This document shows, piece by piece, positions 58,004 to 60,200 of a DNA stretch of 60,200 nucleotides. The stretch is taken from the IMG/VR virus record IMGVR_UViG_3300027759_000054; one strand, given 5' to 3'. The stretch is from an uncultured virus (IMG/VR IMGVR_UViG_3300027759_000054). Lineage: Duplodnaviria > Heunggongvirae > Uroviricota > Caudoviricetes. Both the position numbers and the translations under genes were made by a program. Position 1 is the stretch's first letter; the number at the start of each line of letters is the position of its first letter. The notes under the pieces were generated by a model. That model searched no databases. It was not told where the DNA came from and saw only the letters and a list, made by a program, of their open reading frames with translations.

Positions 58004-59287
58004 ATGAAGAATACAATAGTAAATATGTCGCGTCGAAATATCATTCGCTTGATGCGGCATGGAAAACTTAATCCAAATCCAATCGGACAACGTCCGCCAA
58101 TTCCTTCTAAAAAGAAACCAGTCGAAATTATCAACTCAATGATTGATGGTTTCTTTACTGGCGCAATTATATTGCGCGATATCCGCAACGACCCAGAAGG
58201 ACAAGCAACATATCCAGGGCAAGAATATCTTGTGATCGATGGTGGTAATCGAACACGTGCAATGCGTGCTTTCGAGGAAAGCACCTTGATGTCAAAATAT
58301 GGAACTATTGCGGAAATTAATTCGGATGAATTCCTTGATCGAGAAGAAACTGTTGTTCTTTATGAATGTACTGCTGCTGAAGCGACACAAATTTTCCGCA
58401 CCGTTAACACTGTAACTGAAGTAAACGAGATCGAAATGATCATGGCGAATGAAGATTCTCGTGTCGCTAAGTTTATTCGGACGATGACACAGATGTATCC
58501 TGAATATAAGAACACCGTTCACGATCTATTCCAGTGGCGGATAAAGCAAGGTACTACGGATCTGCGGGTCGCTACTTATTTTTCCTCGCAGCACGTTAAT
58601 CCTCGCCGCGAATGGGACGAACTTGTTGGTGTCGTTTTGACTAAGTGCCTCAATGGTATGAAGAACGTCGATGCAGGTTATCCTGTAATTGGTAAACTCG
58701 TCGATGAAGATCTTCCCCTGAGCGACACTGTGAAGAGCAAGGTAAAGGCAACTTTGGACGCAGCGTTAAAGACTTTGAAATTTGCCAAGAGCAAGAAGTT
58801 CTCTAAGGTTACGTTTGGTGTATTTCAAATGGTTTACTTCGAACTGATGGGGCAGGGTGCTCGAATCATTGACTTTGATGAATTTTCTCGTCGCTTGTGG
58901 GCGGCGAATGCTAAGTTAGACAATAAGTATGCTAATGACGACAATAGCATTATGTCTGTGAAGAAGGCATTCGGTAAGGGGAATGTTCAGAGCGCACTCG
59001 CTAAGGAATACATCGAGGAAATGGGCGATCTTACCAGCGTAGTTAATTTCTCTGCCCGTTCTGCGACACTTAATCAGAAGTATACCGATCTTGCCTTAAA
59101 GGATTTTCTGAGTGCTGATGGTGATATCCTGGAATATGATGATGCTGAATGGTCGCACATTACACCACATGCTGAGGGCGGTACCGAAGCAACGATGGAA
59201 CGTAAAGAAATTAATCATTTGAATCTGACAATGGAAGAGCAAATGTTGATTCTTCAAATGCGCAATAAACAGGTAACTGCTGCATAA
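58004..59287 (+). CDS. DUF262/ParB-Srx-like protein with a degenerate C-terminal HNH-like motif (GmrSD-like architecture)
   Basis: P.GQR, II.SM..G, VIDGGNR, IF..VN; HITPHAEGGT. Confidence 0.7.
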   Translation: MKNTIVNMSRRNIIRLMRHGKLNPNPIGQRPPIPSKKKPVEIINSMIDGFFTGAIILRDIRNDPEGQATYPGQEYLVIDGGNRTRAMRAFEESTLMSKYGTIAEINSDEFLDREETVVLYECTAAEATQIFRTVNTVTEVNEIEMIMANEDSRVAKFIRTMTQMYPEYKNTVHDLFQWRIKQGTTDLRVATYFSSQHVNPRREWDELVGVVLTKCLNGMKNVDAGYPVIGKLVDEDLPLSDTVKSKVKATLDAALKTLKFAKSKKFSKVTFGVFQMVYFELMGQGARIIDFDEFSRRLWAANAKLDNKYANDDNSIMSVKKAFGKGNVQSALAKEYIEEMGDLTSVVNFSARSATLNQKYTDLALKDFLSADGDILEYDDAEWSHITPHAEGGTEATMERKEINHLNLTMEEQMLILQMRNKQVTAA

Positions 59288-59288
59288 T

Positions 59289-60200
59289 ATGATACTAGAA
59301 AAAACAGATGCTGAATACATTGGTCGTCGATTTATAGATTATATGTCAAATTATAATCGTATCGACGACCACATGCGCATGAAAAAACTTGAGAGACTGA
59401 AAACTCTTCCCACCACACTTCCAGGTTATGAACCAGAGAATATGTTGTTCTCTGATTTTAGCATGCACCCAGAAGATATGGAACTTGAGATCTTTGAACC
59501 AACTGCTAGTGAGTTCTCAACTATGGTGGAGATTACTTCTTCATTCTGTAACGAAAACTCTTTCGGTAAAGAAATTAAGTTTATCGTTCGTGAAAAGAAC
59601 AGTGGTAAGTATGTTGGTTTCTGTCGCGTCGCAAGTCCATTCATTAATTCTAGACCAAGGAATGAATGGTTCGGGCAAGTCCCCGATCTAAAGAGATTTA
59701 ACAAACATGCAGTTATGGGATTCATTATTGTTCCTACACAACCATTCGGGTTCAATTATCTCGGCGGTAAACTGCTTGCGCTTCTTTGTGCATCTCATGA
59801 ATTTCGTGAAATGTTCAATAAGAAGTATGATATGGAAACTTGTCTCTTTGAAACGACATCATTATACGGAAATATCAAGCAAACATCGCAGTATGATGGT
59901 CTGAAACCATTTTTGCGGTACACTGGTGACACTGTTAGCAATTTTCTTCTTTCATTCTCCGATGATTTTTGGTTTGAGACCCTAAATTGGTTTGCAAGCA
60001 AAAATAATGGCGAACCTTTGTTCGGCAGAGAAGGTATTGCGTCGTATAAGATGAAAATGCAAAATAAAATGATGTCAATTATCAAAAATTCGCTAAAATT
60101 TCACAATTCTAGCGAACTTTTGGCATTTTCAACCGCAATTCAGGCGAACAAAGACGTTACAACGCAAAAAAGATTTTATATTTCGACTTATGGGTACGAA
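59289..60200 (+). CDS. DUF4338/DruA-like protein (3'-truncated; not in the ORF track)
   Basis: Open frame from ATG 59289: IVPTQPFGFNYLGGKLLA, ETTSLYG, SQYDG. Confidence 0.75.
   Translation, partial: MILEKTDAEYIGRRFIDYMSNYNRIDDHMRMKKLERLKTLPTTLPGYEPENMLFSDFSMHPEDMELEIFEPTASEFSTMVEITSSFCNENSFGKEIKFIVREKNSGKYVGFCRVASPFINSRPRNEWFGQVPDLKRFNKHAVMGFIIVPTQPFGFNYLGGKLLALLCASHEFREMFNKKYDMETCLFETTSLYGNIKQTSQYDGLKPFLRYTGDTVSNFLLSFSDDFWFETLNWFASKNNGEPLFGREGIASYKMKMQNKMMSIIKNSLKFHNSSELLAFSTAIQANKDVTTQKRFYISTYGYE

Noticed and set aside
59289..60200. Druantia defence system
   Set aside because: Only a lone DruA-like gene, a type common in T4-like phages; no DruE helicase visible

Overview
Fragment of a large T4-like (Tevenvirinae/Kyanoviridae-type) myophage genome. 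All credible genes lie on the + strand. The host is probably an alphaproteobacterium (inference from GCTTGAC-type promoters, an alpha-type boxA and tRNA-Ile2). Order: nested spanin pair, head internal and structural genes, Dps, and a dual-catalytic endolysin (1-10 kb); primase, ThyX, NrdA/glutaredoxin/NrdB, RNase H and SpeD (10-23 kb); a boxA-led operon of 25 conventional tRNAs with a D-armless Arg(ACG) tRNA-like RNA, several unexplained structured RNAs and a GIY-YIG endonuclease (23-28 kb); a biosynthetic-cluster-like block of GT2, Coq4-like, desaturase, radical SAM, adenylation, QueC-like, hydroxylase and sulfotransferase-like genes (28.3-35.8 kb); many small early genes behind a repeated sigma70 promoter cassette (36-53 kb); and a TET/JBP dioxygenase + GalE + T4-BGT-like glycosyltransferase + UDP-galactopyranose mutase operon, followed by DUF262 and DruA-like genes (53.6-60.2 kb). 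The best candidate for a new system is that last operon, predicted to put galactofuranose on hydroxymethylated DNA pyrimidines, and it coincides with a strong by-eye depletion of RGCY. All family assignments come from motif recognition; no database searches were run.
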